A DNA stretch of 64,000 nt from Candidatus Eremiobacteria bacterium (GCA_963737065.1 CAVTRC010000001.1:1024001-1088000), one strand, 5' to 3'. Counted from the stretch's first letter, positions 53,423-64,000 are shown. A program made the numbers and translations. Notes: a model not told the origin generated them from the letters alone.

Positions 53423-54683
53423 GGTGCCTCCACGTGACGATGAGGACGGCGGCTGCGACGACCACAATGATCAACAGTACGGCAAGCACCACCAGATTCG
53501 TCACCGAACGCACGTAGGTGCCCGCGCAATGCGCGTAGTGCTCGCCGAAGGCGATCTGCGCGCAGCGGTATGTCTGCCAGCGGTGCGTGGTGACGTCATT
53601 CATCATATAGCCCCAGACGTCGTACGCTTGCATCCAGCGGTCGCGCACAGCGGGATCGAACGCGATTCGTCGGCTTAACGCCTCGAGCTCCGGAGCGGTG
53701 AATGCGTTCACACCGAACATGGCGTCGAAACTCTGTTGCGGCAGCCATCCCAGATCGGGATCGTACGTATACGGAACGATGTTCCGCAGCGTGCGGCCGT
53801 CGATATCCAAACGGAAGAATGCCGGCTCGTTGCGGTAGACCGGCGAGAGCGATGAACCGACGAACATCGGTACGCCGCTCGGCACGCGGAAATCGTACCG
53901 ATGCGTATGCCCGGCGATTGCAAACGGCACGTTGTCGCGATGTTCGGCGAGTAACGTTCGCAACGCCGTGTCGAAGTGCGGTCGCAAATAGGGAACCGCG
54001 AGCAGGCGTTGCGCATCCGTCGTGCTTTCGGGATCGTATCCCGGCGGCATGTGCATGACGAGCACGTCGGCACCGCTCGAGAGCGTTTGCGCGAGCCATT
54101 GCATCTCTTTGCCGCCCGGATCACGCACGGTTGACTGGCACGAGCCTCGATAGAAAAACGACCAAAAGACGCTGTTGGCCACGACGCCGCGCAAGCCGTT
54201 CGGCAACGCGGCAGTGTAATATGCGCCGCGCGTATACGCGCCGATAAAGCCCGGTGATGCTCCGCGCCGGTTGACGAGCGGCTCGAATATGCGCGCGACC
54301 GCGGCGTTATACGTTCCGCCCGCTTCGCTTCGATAGTCACCGCACGGATCGTCGTTGTTTCCGACCGCAACGACGAACTGCGCGTTCGGGAATGCCTTGT
54401 CGAGCGTCGACGCGATCGTGCGAATCGTGTCAACGCCGGCCGCATACGGATCGCGATGCGCGCGGCGCGCGCGCGCCGGAAATGAGTGCGCGAGCAAATC
54501 GCCGGCGATAACGATGACCGAGGCGTCGGGAACGCGCCGCTTCATTTCGTCGACGCTCGAATCGAACAAGGCGATGTTCGTGTCCTCCGAGCGCCCCGCA
54601 GGCGGCCCGGCATCGTACGGATTCAAATGGATGTCGTTCAACACGAGCCAGTGCAGCATGACCGCCGCGAGCACTGCGATCAT
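53406..54683 (-). CDS. Acid-sphingomyelinase-like metallophosphoesterase with C-terminal membrane anchor
   Basis: DIH, GDLLAH, GNND, HMPPG, AGHTH, SLSP. Confidence 0.85.
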   Translation of the reverse strand: MIAVLAAVMLHWLVLNDIHLNPYDAGPPAGRSEDTNIALFDSSVDEMKRRVPDASVIVIAGDLLAHSFPARARRAHRDPYAAGVDTIRTIASTLDKAFPNAQFVVAVGNNDDPCGDYRSEAGGTYNAAVARIFEPLVNRRGASPGFIGAYTRGAYYTAALPNGLRGVVANSVFWSFFYRGSCQSTVRDPGGKEMQWLAQTLSSGADVLVMHMPPGYDPESTTDAQRLLAVPYLRPHFDTALRTLLAEHRDNVPFAIAGHTHRYDFRVPSGVPMFVGSSLSPVYRNEPAFFRLDIDGRTLRNIVPYTYDPDLGWLPQQSFDAMFGVNAFTAPELEALSRRIAFDPAVRDRWMQAYDVWGYMMNDVTTHRWQTYRCAQIAFGEHYAHCAGTYVRSVTNLVVLAVLLIIVVVAAAVLIVTWRHPTRSS

Positions 54684-56155
54684 GGTGTAGCCGTAGCTGC
54701 GGGCGTTGCAGACGGCGCCGACGTCGGTGTCGCAGCCGGCAACGCCGCCGGAGGCGCAGACGGATGCGTTCCCAGTTCAGGCTGCACCTGCGGTGACGCG
54801 CACGCGCCATACGCGGTCGCGCTCAACGCGACGTTCGCGCACCAGTATGCGTGCCACTGCGCATCCGGAATCAACGCGCGCCCGCTGCTGCCGTCGTAAA
54901 ACTCATCGAAACGCCGGCGAACCCGATCGTCGCCGAGGATTTGGTTTTGCACGCTTGCAAGGTGCGATGCATCGATCGTCCCGTGACCGAACACACTGTC
55001 GAAGTCATATTCGCGCCGCCAGTTTGCTGCGACGCGGCCGTTCTTTGCGAGCGCCGGCAAGTCGTCGAGCACGAACGCCTGCGCATCCTGTACGCTTGCG
55101 TTCGTATCATCGATGCGCAGGAGCGTGAACGAGGGATTGTTCGAATAAATCGGGCTGATCGACGGAACGACGAGCATCGGAACCGCCGGGCGGCTCGGGT
55201 CGGGTCCGATCACCCGAAAACTGTTCATATGCGTATGACCCGCGATCGCCATCATCGTATGCGGTGCGGAGAGCAGCGCGTTGACGAACACATCGTTATA
55301 GTGTGGAGTTAAAAACTGCACCGCGGAGCCGTTTGCGGCTCGCTGCGTGGCGTACGGATCGATGCCGGGCGGTATGTGCGCGATGATCCAGACGTTGCCG
55401 GACATCAACCCATGAAGCGTGCTCGTCAGCCATGCCGCTTCATCCCCGCCCGGATCACTCGTTGCCTGCCCACAGCTATTGCGATACTGCGCCGACCAAA
55501 ATACGTCGTTGACGACCACCGCATGCGCGTTCGCCGCGGGAAGCGGTACCGTGTAGTAGCCGCCGGTCGCAAACTGTGCGGCAAAAGCGTTCGGATTCGG
55601 TGCGCCGACGGAGCCGCCCCACGACGCAGCCATCGACGCGAGAAACCCGCTGCCCGGAGCGCCCTGATAATCACCGCAGTAACTGTCGTTGTTCCCGATC
55701 GCGGGCAATAGCCGCGCGCGCGGAAACGCAGTTTGGAATTCATTGGCGAGAAACCGGATCGTGTCGTCGACGAACGACGCGTAGCGCGCGTCGCCATGAT
55801 TACGCACGAGCCGGTCGAACTTCGCGCGAAAACCGTGCGCAAGAAAATCACCCGAAATAATGACGACCGGCGGGTCGTTCACGCGATTGCGCATTGCCTC
55901 GAGCGCCGATTCCAGAAGCGCAAAATTGGTATCAGCGCCGTAGTTTGCGTACGGCTGGGGACCTTGCGACGAGAAGATTTCGCGCCATCGAAGGGCGGGA
56001 GCCGATGCGAGCCGCTCGACGATACGCGGGTCGGCAAAGGGATCGAAATGAACGTCGCTGACGACCAGCCACTCTTGCGTTGCTGCGGCCGCGCGTTGCG
56101 TCATACCAACGAGGAGCAAGCAGGCAAGAAGCACGAACGCAATGCTACGCATCAT
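54680..56155 (-). CDS. Secreted acid-sphingomyelinase-like metallophosphoesterase
   Basis: SDVHFDP, GDFLAH, GNND, HIPPG, AGHTH, PSISP..NNPSF. Confidence 0.87.
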   Translation of the reverse strand: MMRSIAFVLLACLLLVGMTQRAAAATQEWLVVSDVHFDPFADPRIVERLASAPALRWREIFSSQGPQPYANYGADTNFALLESALEAMRNRVNDPPVVIISGDFLAHGFRAKFDRLVRNHGDARYASFVDDTIRFLANEFQTAFPRARLLPAIGNNDSYCGDYQGAPGSGFLASMAASWGGSVGAPNPNAFAAQFATGGYYTVPLPAANAHAVVVNDVFWSAQYRNSCGQATSDPGGDEAAWLTSTLHGLMSGNVWIIAHIPPGIDPYATQRAANGSAVQFLTPHYNDVFVNALLSAPHTMMAIAGHTHMNSFRVIGPDPSRPAVPMLVVPSISPIYSNNPSFTLLRIDDTNASVQDAQAFVLDDLPALAKNGRVAANWRREYDFDSVFGHGTIDASHLASVQNQILGDDRVRRRFDEFYDGSSGRALIPDAQWHAYWCANVALSATAYGACASPQVQPELGTHPSAPPAALPAATPTSAPSATPAATATP

Positions 56156-56186
56156 TACCCAGCGCGCATTTTCGGAGGACGAGGCG

Positions 56187-56651
56187 ATGTCCCGCTATTG
56201 GCTATTCAAAAGCGAGCCGGACGGATACAGCTTCGAGCGGTTGTGCAACGATCGTACGACGCCATGGAGCGGTGTGCGGAACTTTCAAGCGCGCAATAAC
56301 ATGATGGAGATGCGCGTCGGAGATCTCGGCTTCTTCTATCATTCAAGCATCGCCGAACCGGCGGCGGTCGGCATCGTGCGCGTAGTAAAACGGGCGTATC
56401 CCGATTTTACCGCGTTTGAGAAGGACGGCGAATATTACGATCCGCGCAGCACGCCGGACAAACCAAAATGGATGATGGTCGACGTCGAATACGTCGAACC
56501 GCTCGAACATCCGGTAACGCTCGCGCGCATGCGCGAGGATTCGCGGTTGGTTGCGATGCCGTTACTGAAGCGCGGCCAGCGGTTGTCCGTCCAACCCGTC
56601 ATGCCGCACGAATGGAAGATCGTGCTCGAACTCTCGAAGACGGCGGAATAA
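56187..56651 (+). CDS. EVE domain protein
   Basis: YWLFKSEP, WSGVRNFQARN, FFYHS, YYDPRS, QRLSVQPV. Confidence 0.95.
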   Translation: MSRYWLFKSEPDGYSFERLCNDRTTPWSGVRNFQARNNMMEMRVGDLGFFYHSSIAEPAAVGIVRVVKRAYPDFTAFEKDGEYYDPRSTPDKPKWMMVDVEYVEPLEHPVTLARMREDSRLVAMPLLKRGQRLSVQPVMPHEWKIVLELSKTAE

Positions 56652-56680
56652 AAAGCCGGGACCGCCGTAGCGGATCCCGG
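56650..56680 (-). terminator. Intrinsic terminator of the TonB receptor gene
   Basis: CCGGGA-CCGC-CGTA-GCGG-A-TCCCGG with an A-run on the left (U tail on the minus strand). Confidence 0.6.
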
Positions 56681-56701
56681 TAACCATCAATCGCGCGTTG
56701 G

Positions 56702-59533
56702 CTAGATATGCATGTGCAAGAGAAATCGATACGTTGCCGGCCCGAGCACGTTGCCGGTCGTTGCCGCGAGCGCCGGCAAAGGACGGCCAAATGCATCCGT
56801 CCCGGGCGAGGCCGCGAGCGGGATTGCGATGCCGCCGCCGTAGATCGGCAGATAGCCGGGCCACGCGTTGAATATGTTATCGCCTGAGACTTGGAAATCG
56901 AGGCGCTTCGTCAGCGGAATCCGTAGCGTTGCATTTGCGATCGCGAATGCCGGTTCGTTGAGCGAATTGTTGTTTCCGAAGTACGTCTCGCCAAATGACG
57001 CATACATGCCACTCGGGAATTGGTAGTTGACCTCGGCATAGCCTTGCGAATACGGAATACGCATGTTGCCGTTGTAACTCAATCCGCTGATACCAACGGC
57101 AACTCCGTTCGTATTCTCACCCGAGATGACGTTCAGGTTTTGGTCCTCCGTACAATCCGGTCCCGGAATCGAACAATAGAAATGCGGCGGTAGATTGTAA
57201 TAGAATCCGCGCTGCAGCGCGCCCGAGAGCGTATACCCGAGTCCTACGGCCGGCGTACGATGAATCGACAGTTCTATCCCTTCGAATCGCGCGCTGCTGA
57301 TGTTCGTGTTGGTTTGATTCAAGATCTGCGTGCCGGGCGGCGCGCCGCCCGTGCATGCCACGCCGCTTCCGCAGACCTGCCCGGTGGTCACCGTTTGCCC
57401 GAAGAAGCGATTGTAGAGATTGGTAAGGTAAATGTCGCCCGACGCGATCGTGACGCCGTCTTTCAGCCGGACGTCCGCGCCGACGTCGTAACCGAACGCC
57501 GTTTCGGGACGGAGATTACCGTTGCTCTGCTGTTCGATCGCGAATCCGGACGACGCGTCGTACGACGGCGTCGAGGTAATTTGATTGAGCAGGCCTAGAA
57601 ACGGCGGCGCAATCGAACTGCCGACCGCAAGTCGTAAAGACGTACTGAGATTTGGACGATAAACGAAGCCGACGCGCGGATCGAAATGCGTGTATTTGGT
57701 CGTTTGGAACGCCACGCCGGTTCCGTAGATCGCAGAATCAGCAGTACAATTCCCGCTGGTATCGGTCGGACAATTCACGGGATACGTGCTGCTATACGTG
57801 TTCAAGTACAGGCCGACCGTACTCTCGAGGCGTGACCCCGTATAGAAGTGGCCGCGCAGCAGGTACGTGCTCAGGATTTGCGACGTGCCCGGCGGCAAGT
57901 TGAACCCCACGGAACCGTCCGCGTTGTAGACCCAGTCCGTGCTCTGCGAAAACGTCTTGTCGGCAGAAAACGTAATAAGATTGTCGCCGATCGGATGCTG
58001 ATACTGAATCGTGCCGCCGGACAACTTATCGAGTTCCGGTTCTTGGTAGAAGTCGTTGAAGCCGACTGCGGCCGGCGTTCCATTGAATGTCGAAGACCCG
58101 TTCGAGACACCGTAGAGCCGTACGTTGTTGTAATCGAGGATGTTCGAACTCGTGCCTTGATATTGGAAGCGTGAGATCGCCGCGTGATAATAGCGCGCCA
58201 GCACCGCGTCCTTCCCGATCGTCGTTCCAATTTCACCTTGGAAAATCGGCTCGTTGTTGAATTCGCCGGAGTACGCACCGGGGAAAATGCTCGCGACCTG
58301 TACGGCGCCGGGTTTCAGTGAGCCGCTATACGAGGGATCACCCGGCACGAACATGGCGTTCGTGAAGTCGGACGTGTTGCCGTTTTGGTCGCTCGTCGAC
58401 TGACCGCCCAAATAGCTGCCGGTGATGAACGTCGCGGGCGAAAACTGATATCGAACCTTCACGAGCTCGCCCGTTTGGTCCAGATTTCCGCTGAGCGTAT
58501 AGCAGCAGGCAAGCAACGAGTATTGATTTGTAATACGGCTCGCGGTCGGCGGCACGTAATTTTTCACGGTGTCGCTGGAAAGAGACGTACCGTTGAACGT
58601 CCCGCCGCTCGGGTCGTACAACACTTGCTTGCCGTTGAGCGCCGAAGGATTGTTTTGCGTTGCGACGTCGACGACGAAGCCCAACTTTCCGACGGTGTCC
58701 GAAATCGAAAGATTGGAATACGAACCGCCCCGGTTATCGAAGCCGAAGAGAAGATCGGGAACGGCGCTCGGCGTGGGGTCTTTCGTACGGAAGTTGGTCG
58801 TTCCACCGATCGCGTTATTGACAACCGGCGACTCGGCTCCCGGTCCCTTGATGACCTCGACGCTTCCGAACAGAAAACTATTGAGGAACGTCGTAACGTT
58901 GTCGCCGTACTGACCGACCGAGATCGGATGCCCGTCGATGAGCGAAGCGGTTTCATACGATGTTGCAGCGCGGATGTTGGGAACCGTGATCGCGCCGGGC
59001 GCGGCCGCGTTTGAGCTGTTCGAAGGAAACGATACCTGAACGCCCGGCACTTGACTCAAAACCCGCGTCACCTGCGGCTGTCCCTGATCGACGAAGTTTT
59101 GAGCGGTGACGACGTTCACCGACGCGGGGGATGTATTGATCGAGCCGGACCGGCCGACGCGGACGGTAGCGATCGTCCGCAACGATGAAAATGTCTGCCG
59201 TTCCAGACGGACTGCGACCGTTTGCGTCTGACCCGCGAGCACGACCACGTCGTTTTGGACGGCGGTATTGAAGCCGGCTCTCAACACGGAGATCGTATAG
59301 ACTCCGGGCCGGACGTTCGCGATATGAAAGTCGCCCTTGTCATCGGACACCGCGGTATACGTGGATTCCGCGCGTAAGTTGACGGATGCACCAGTAATCG
59401 GAGAACCGTCCATGTCGCTGACCGTACCCGTCACGGTGCCGGGCGCCGTTTGAGCGACGCATGAAAGCGGACTTGCCGCGGCAAAAGCGACTGCAGCGGC
59501 GAAAGCAAGCAGATATCGCAACGCAACCTCCAT
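56702..59533 (-). CDS. TonB-dependent receptor with N-terminal carboxypeptidase-regulatory-like domain; start ATG 59533 or TTG 59521
   Basis: GTVTGTVSD..PITGASV, LIDGHP, VEVIKGPG, GGTTNF, LRPETAFGYD. Confidence 0.88.
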   Translation of the reverse strand: MEVALRYLLAFAAAVAFAAASPLSCVAQTAPGTVTGTVSDMDGSPITGASVNLRAESTYTAVSDDKGDFHIANVRPGVYTISVLRAGFNTAVQNDVVVLAGQTQTVAVRLERQTFSSLRTIATVRVGRSGSINTSPASVNVVTAQNFVDQGQPQVTRVLSQVPGVQVSFPSNSSNAAAPGAITVPNIRAATSYETASLIDGHPISVGQYGDNVTTFLNSFLFGSVEVIKGPGAESPVVNNAIGGTTNFRTKDPTPSAVPDLLFGFDNRGGSYSNLSISDTVGKLGFVVDVATQNNPSALNGKQVLYDPSGGTFNGTSLSSDTVKNYVPPTASRITNQYSLLACCYTLSGNLDQTGELVKVRYQFSPATFITGSYLGGQSTSDQNGNTSDFTNAMFVPGDPSYSGSLKPGAVQVASIFPGAYSGEFNNEPIFQGEIGTTIGKDAVLARYYHAAISRFQYQGTSSNILDYNNVRLYGVSNGSSTFNGTPAAVGFNDFYQEPELDKLSGGTIQYQHPIGDNLITFSADKTFSQSTDWVYNADGSVGFNLPPGTSQILSTYLLRGHFYTGSRLESTVGLYLNTYSSTYPVNCPTDTSGNCTADSAIYGTGVAFQTTKYTHFDPRVGFVYRPNLSTSLRLAVGSSIAPPFLGLLNQITSTPSYDASSGFAIEQQSNGNLRPETAFGYDVGADVRLKDGVTIASGDIYLTNLYNRFFGQTVTTGQVCGSGVACTGGAPPGTQILNQTNTNISSARFEGIELSIHRTPAVGLGYTLSGALQRGFYYNLPPHFYCSIPGPDCTEDQNLNVISGENTNGVAVGISGLSYNGNMRIPYSQGYAEVNYQFPSGMYASFGETYFGNNNSLNEPAFAIANATLRIPLTKRLDFQVSGDNIFNAWPGYLPIYGGGIAIPLAASPGTDAFGRPLPALAATTGNVLGPATYRFLLHMHI

Positions 59534-59571
59534 CAGAGGACGTGAGATGATTGCGCGGTATTCGGTACGCG

Positions 59572-61146
59572 TTATCCGGATGACTGCGCCTGTTGCAAAA
59601 AGATCCGCTGAGCGTTGATGTGCATTTCGCCGTTTGCCGGCGTACGGCGCTGATAGGAACCGTTCGCCAGCAACACGCGAGCTTTTACGTTGTCCGACAA
59701 CAGCACGTTGAGAATTTGGCTGGTCAGCAACTCTGCGAGCACCGGATCCAGCACGGGTACCGCTAGCTCCACGCGGCGATCGAGATTGCGTCCCATCCAG
59801 TCCGCACTCGACATGTACACCTCGCGGTTGCCGCCGTTCTCGAACACGTAGATGCGCGAGTGTTCCAGGAAACGGCCCACGATGCTCGTCACGGTGATCG
59901 TGTCGCTGACCCCCGGTATGCCGGGGCGCAGCACGCACATGCCGCGAACGAGCAGATCGATCCGAACACCCGCCTGGGACGCGCGATACAGCGCGCGAAC
60001 GATGTCGGCGTCGGTCACTGAATTTAATTTTGCGCGAATTCCGGCCGGCCGGCCCTCGCGCGCGTGTTCCGTCTCGCGATCGATCATCGATAGCATCTCG
60101 CGACGTAGCGTCACCGGCGCAACGAGCAAGTCCTCGTAGTCCTTGACCTTCGAGAAGCCCGTCAACGCGTTGAAGAGCTGCGTGACGTCCTCACCGAGTT
60201 CGCGGCGGCACGTAAAGAGGCTCAAGTCCGTATACAGCCGCGCCGTCTTCTCGTTGTAATTTCCGGTACCGAAATGCATGTAGCGGCGAATGCCGTCATC
60301 TTCCTGACGCACGACGAGCAGCGTCTTCGCGTGCACTTTCTGTCCCGGGAATCCGTAGACGACGTGAACGCCCGCGCGCTCGAGCCGCTTTGCCCATTCG
60401 ATGTTGTTCTCTTCATCGAAGCGCGCCTTGAGTTCGATGACGACCGCGACTTGTTTCTCGTTCTCGGCTGCCTCGAGCAGCGCGCGAACGATCGGCGAAT
60501 TCTTGCCCGACGTTCGATAGAGCGTCGCTTTGATCGCGAGCACTTGATCGTCTTCGGCTGCCTGCTGCAAGAATTGCACGACCGGATCGAACGATTCATA
60601 GGGATGATGCAGCAGCAGATCCGCATCGCGAATTTGCGCAAACAGATCGGTTTTCCCACGAACCGTACGTGGAATCGCGGGCATGAACGGCGCGTCACGC
60701 AACGTTTCATAGTCCGGCAGACGCGGCGATTTGCCAAAGATCGGAGAGCGCCATCAAGCCGTCGACTTCATAGCAGTCGACGTCCGAGAGATCGAGCGCC
60801 TGCAATAAAAACTCGCGCATGTACTCGGGCATGCCGCGTTCGACTTCCAGCCGCACCGGCTCACCGAAACGCCGGCGCTGTAACTCGCTTTCGATCGCAC
60901 GCAACAGATCGTCCGCTTCATCTTCCTGCAGATCCAGATCGGCATCGCGCGTTACGCGGAAGAGATACGCTTCGCGCACGGCCATGCCGGGGAAGAGCGC
61001 ATCGAGGTGATGGGCGATGAGATCCTCCAGCAGCACAAACCACCGCTCACCGCTCGGAGCACTTTCAACGGGAACGAGCCTCGGAAGCGTCGGCGGAATT
61101 TTCACCCGCGCAAAATGCAGCTCGACTCCTTCCGACGACGGTTCCT
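59572..61146 (-). pseudogene. ppk1: Polyphosphate kinase 1, 5'-truncated near 61147 and frameshifted near 60722
   Basis: HFARVKIP, FRVTRDAD, LLHHPYESF, ELKARFDEENNI, KVHAK, GTGNYN, GRFLEHSR, SADWMGRNLDRRVE. Confidence 0.93.
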
Positions 61147-61152
61147 GAGATC

Positions 61153-62799
61153 AATTGCTTCCGCAGCCTGGGCTGGCCTTTGCCGGTCAACGTGCTGTCC
61201 TCGGACCAACGGCCTCAAGCTGACCTCTGGCAAGATCAAGCCGAACAAGATACTGGCCGCGTGTCTGCACCGTGGCGTCACGGACATCATGGGCCTGGAA
61301 GAAAAGCAGGCCATGATCGAATCTACCCTATTCAAGCGGGAGTTTGATCCTGACGAGCGGCGGGCGATCCTGGATTACTGTGCTGGTGATGTACGCGCGC
61401 TGGCGCTGTTGCCGCGCATGGTGGACCAGATTCGACCTGTACAGAGCGCTCATTCGCGGACGCTATATGGGCGCCAGCTCGGCTATGGAGCAGACCGGTG
61501 TCAATGGACACGGAGCTCGCCGGCCTGTTGTCTGCCGTATGGCCGCGATTGGTTGAGGTCATTATCGGCGATGTGGATGGCGCCTATGGTGTGCATCGGT
61601 TCGACAAGAGCGGCGGGCATTTCAATGAGCGGCTATTCCTCGCGTGGTGTGCAGCGAACGGGATTTGCTCGCCCTTGCTGGAAAGTGGTGCGCCCGACCT
61701 GAAGCTGGAGACGTTTCGCGATAATGGCGCAGAGCCGTCCGGGCTTGTCGCAACTGCACCAGCTACGCGCCACGGTCGGGAAGATGCGCAAGCTGAAGCT
61801 TCAGATCGGCAGTGACGGGCAAAGCAGAGCGCTCCTGTCAGCCTTTCAGTCCGTCACGTCACGCAATCAGCCCAGCACCAATAAGTTTCTGTTCGGGCCG
61901 TCGCGCTGGATACGCGGGCTGATCAAACCGGCGCGGGACGAAGCGGTGGCATATCTTGATTGGTCATCGCAAGAGGTGGCGATCGCCGCCGGGCTGTCGG
62001 GCGACGCGCAGATGATTGAGGACTACGGGTCGGACATCTATCTCCGGTCGCACGGGGCCGGATTGGTGCCGGCGGATGCGACCAAGCAAACGCGCATCGC
62101 GAGGCGCGCGACCTGTCCAAGATACTGTTCCTGTTTCACCAGCTACGGATCATCCGCCAAGGGATTTTCAACGCGCTCAGGGCTCGATTTCGCCAAGGCC
62201 AAGGCCCTGATCGGTGTGCATCGGCGCCGCTACGCCCGGTTCTGGACGGTCGCTAGCCCGGCAGGACAGCGCCCTGCTGACCGGCGCGTATCGACTCGCA
62301 GAGCGGTTGGCAGATGTGGATCATGGCCGAGACCAGCGTCAACAGCCTGCTGAACTGGCCGATGCAGACGCACGGTGCGGACATGCTGCGGCTGGCCGTG
62401 ATCGCAGGCATCGACGAAGGGATCGAGATTTGCGCGCCGGTGCATGACGCCTTGCTGATCAAAGCGCCGGCAGAACGGATAGATGCCGACGTGGCGCATA
62501 TGCGCGAGTTAATGACGCAAGCCGGTCATGCTGTCTGCGGGATCCCGGTGCGGACGGACGCGACCGTGGTGCGCTGGCCCTATCGCTTTATGGACGAACG
62601 GGAAGGCTCGCGGGCGATGTGGGAACGGATAACGCAGCGGTTGCTACCGCAGGTGGAGGCGGAGTGTAGGCTGGTGTGCCTGGCTGAGCCAATGCGCGCA
62701 GGAATTGTCCCCGAAATTTGCAGATGGAAGTCACCAGGTTTTATGCTACCACCCCCTTCAAATTGCGGACCCTGTATAGTATTCCTTCCTAGGAACTAA
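61153..62799 (+). pseudogene. Phage-type family A DNA polymerase, 5'-truncated with multiple frameshifts
   Basis: Pieces in different frames: ILDYCAGDV, TSRNQPS, YLDWSSQE (motif A), SYG (motif B region), NWPMQTHGADM, PVHDALL (motif C). Confidence 0.85.
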
Positions 62800-62887
62800 C
62801 CTGGACAAACCAATGTAGCAGGACTGATCAAGGTAGGAACGAGGATCGATAAACGATAGCTTACAACCATATAGTGTGGAGCGGTAG

Positions 62888-63370
62888 ATGAACGACAAGC
62901 CGAACAGGTTTGCGAATTACGACGATGTAGCGTTGCCTCCAGAAATAATTCGATACTATCCTAAGCCGAAAAGAACACCAAAGAAGAAGCAAATACCTGG
63001 ATATTTTATGCCGCCTGTTTCATGTCATTTATTGTATTTGGCAACGCAAGCGGCTGGCATAAATGGTGGATTTATTTATTGGTTGATCCGTTTTTATTGG
63101 AATTTGCATAGAAATGGGCCGTTTGCTCGTGAATTCGCCACTGTGCCTACTGAAGATCGCGAGGCTTTGGGCATTTCGCCGGAGGTTTTTAGTCGCACGT
63201 TGGAAAAATTGGTGATTGGCGGGTTGGCAAGGGTCGATAGGGAAAACGGCAAGGCGGTCAGGATTATTTGGGTGGCGACGGAGGATGATCTTGAGCGTGC
63301 GAAGTCGGAAGGCGCGAGTAGCTCGCCCACCGATCTAGAACGTCCCGATCCCGCTCCGCCCGCAAGCTGA
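62888..63370 (+). CDS. Hypothetical winged-helix DNA-binding protein
   Basis: GGAG RBS; REALGISPEVFSRTLEKLVIGGLARV; AT-rich coding sequence. Confidence 0.7.
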   Translation: MNDKPNRFANYDDVALPPEIIRYYPKPKRTPKKKQIPGYFMPPVSCHLLYLATQAAGINGGFIYWLIRFYWNLHRNGPFAREFATVPTEDREALGISPEVFSRTLEKLVIGGLARVDRENGKAVRIIWVATEDDLERAKSEGASSSPTDLERPDPAPPAS

Positions 63371-63651
63371 TCACCGCCACCGCGTCATCTTCCGGGCCAT
63401 GGCACCAAGCCACGGCAAGGCCTAGCCGGGTCAGATCGGCGAGCAAGCGCTCGTCGTCGGCCCGGACCAGGATGTTGCCGGTCGTGTTCACGTTTCGTGC
63501 AGTATGAGCCGTAGAATTAAATTTCAAGATTTCGCGTGTTGGGAGGTTGATTTTCTCCTCTTTGGCGGTTTCGGGGCTTGATTTTTTCCGCAGTTGTGTC
63601 CCAAATAATCAGTTGATATCAGTTATTCAACGAATTTGGGAATATTTTCCG

Positions 63652-64000
63652 GTGCCAAATGGCGGTGCAAGGCCGGGTGCAGGGCGGCCGCTGGGCTCAG
63701 GCGGTGTGCAGGCCAAGGTGCGGCACAACGTGACCGTAGCGGAGCGTATCGCGCGTGCGACCGTGGCCGACAAGCTGTGCGGAACCGACCGCGATCCAAT
63801 GGAGGTCCTGGCCGAGATCGGTGCGGACAAAGCCGAACCGTCCGTGACGAGGATTTACGCGGCGAGTAAATTGCTGCCGTTCTGCTACGCGCCGGTGCCG
63901 GTCACCCAGGTCACTGTCGGCGTCCGTGTGAATGACGATGCCATGGTTGACGAGATTGTCGATCGCGTCCGCGCCCTCCGCCAGCGCAAAGAGACTGTCG
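63652..64000 (+). CDS. Phage protein resembling a terminase small subunit; 3' end outside the window
   Basis: Manual translation MPNGGARPGAGRPLGS..DPMEVLAEIGAD..RIYAASKLLPFCY; absent from the ORF track because it has no stop in the window. Confidence 0.6.
   Translation, partial: MPNGGARPGAGRPLGSGGVQAKVRHNVTVAERIARATVADKLCGTDRDPMEVLAEIGADKAEPSVTRIYAASKLLPFCYAPVPVTQVTVGVRVNDDAMVDEIVDRVRALRQRKETV

Larger units (their letters stand above)
61149..64000 (+). mobile_element. Phage/satellite-like segment of foreign origin, or a chimeric join; runs off the window
   Basis: Abrupt compositional change; PolA-like gene, wHTH gene and terminase-small-subunit-like gene. Confidence 0.7.

Noticed and set aside
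63264..63527. 87-aa minus-strand ORF in the phage-like segment
   Set aside because: It overlaps the wHTH gene in antisense and has no recognisable motif.

Overview
GC-rich bacterial chromosomal segment. The Pro/Thr-linker secreted proteins, tandem VPS10/BNR proteins and N-terminally extended TonB-dependent receptors suggest a diderm soil bacterium such as Eremiobacterota; this taxonomy is inference only. Positions 1-61.1 kb are mostly housekeeping genes: acyl-CoA carboxylase alpha plus HMG-CoA lyase, purKE, a Zur-type regulator with a Zn/Mn ABC transporter, tRNA-Ala(CGC), fluC-DUF190, thiC, aceEF, acnA, rnd, rpiB, bolA-grx-sulfurtransferase, two TonB-dependent receptors and ppk1. The most notable items are: (1) a TPP-riboswitch-like aptamer before thiC whose pyrophosphate-binding internal loop is replaced by a perfect helix through complementary changes on both strands; (2) a promoter, structured ~130-nt RNA and terminator unit abutting a 94-bp tandem array of about 7.5 copies, with an inverted copy of the repeat head at its 3' end; (3) a 2-kb integrase-less islet at tRNA-Ala carrying a translationally coupled three-gene RelE/Gp49-HTH-unknown module; (4) two small Cys/His-rich proteins, one SmtA-like metallothionein and one 49-aa zinc-finger peptide absent from the ORF track; (5) an abrupt junction near 61.15 kb where 5'-truncated ppk1 meets a 5'-truncated, frameshifted phage-type family A DNA polymerase followed by phage-like genes. 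Single frameshifts in the DMT gene, aceE, the WYL regulator and ppk1 may be sequencing errors. All calls come from motif recognition by eye; no searches were run.
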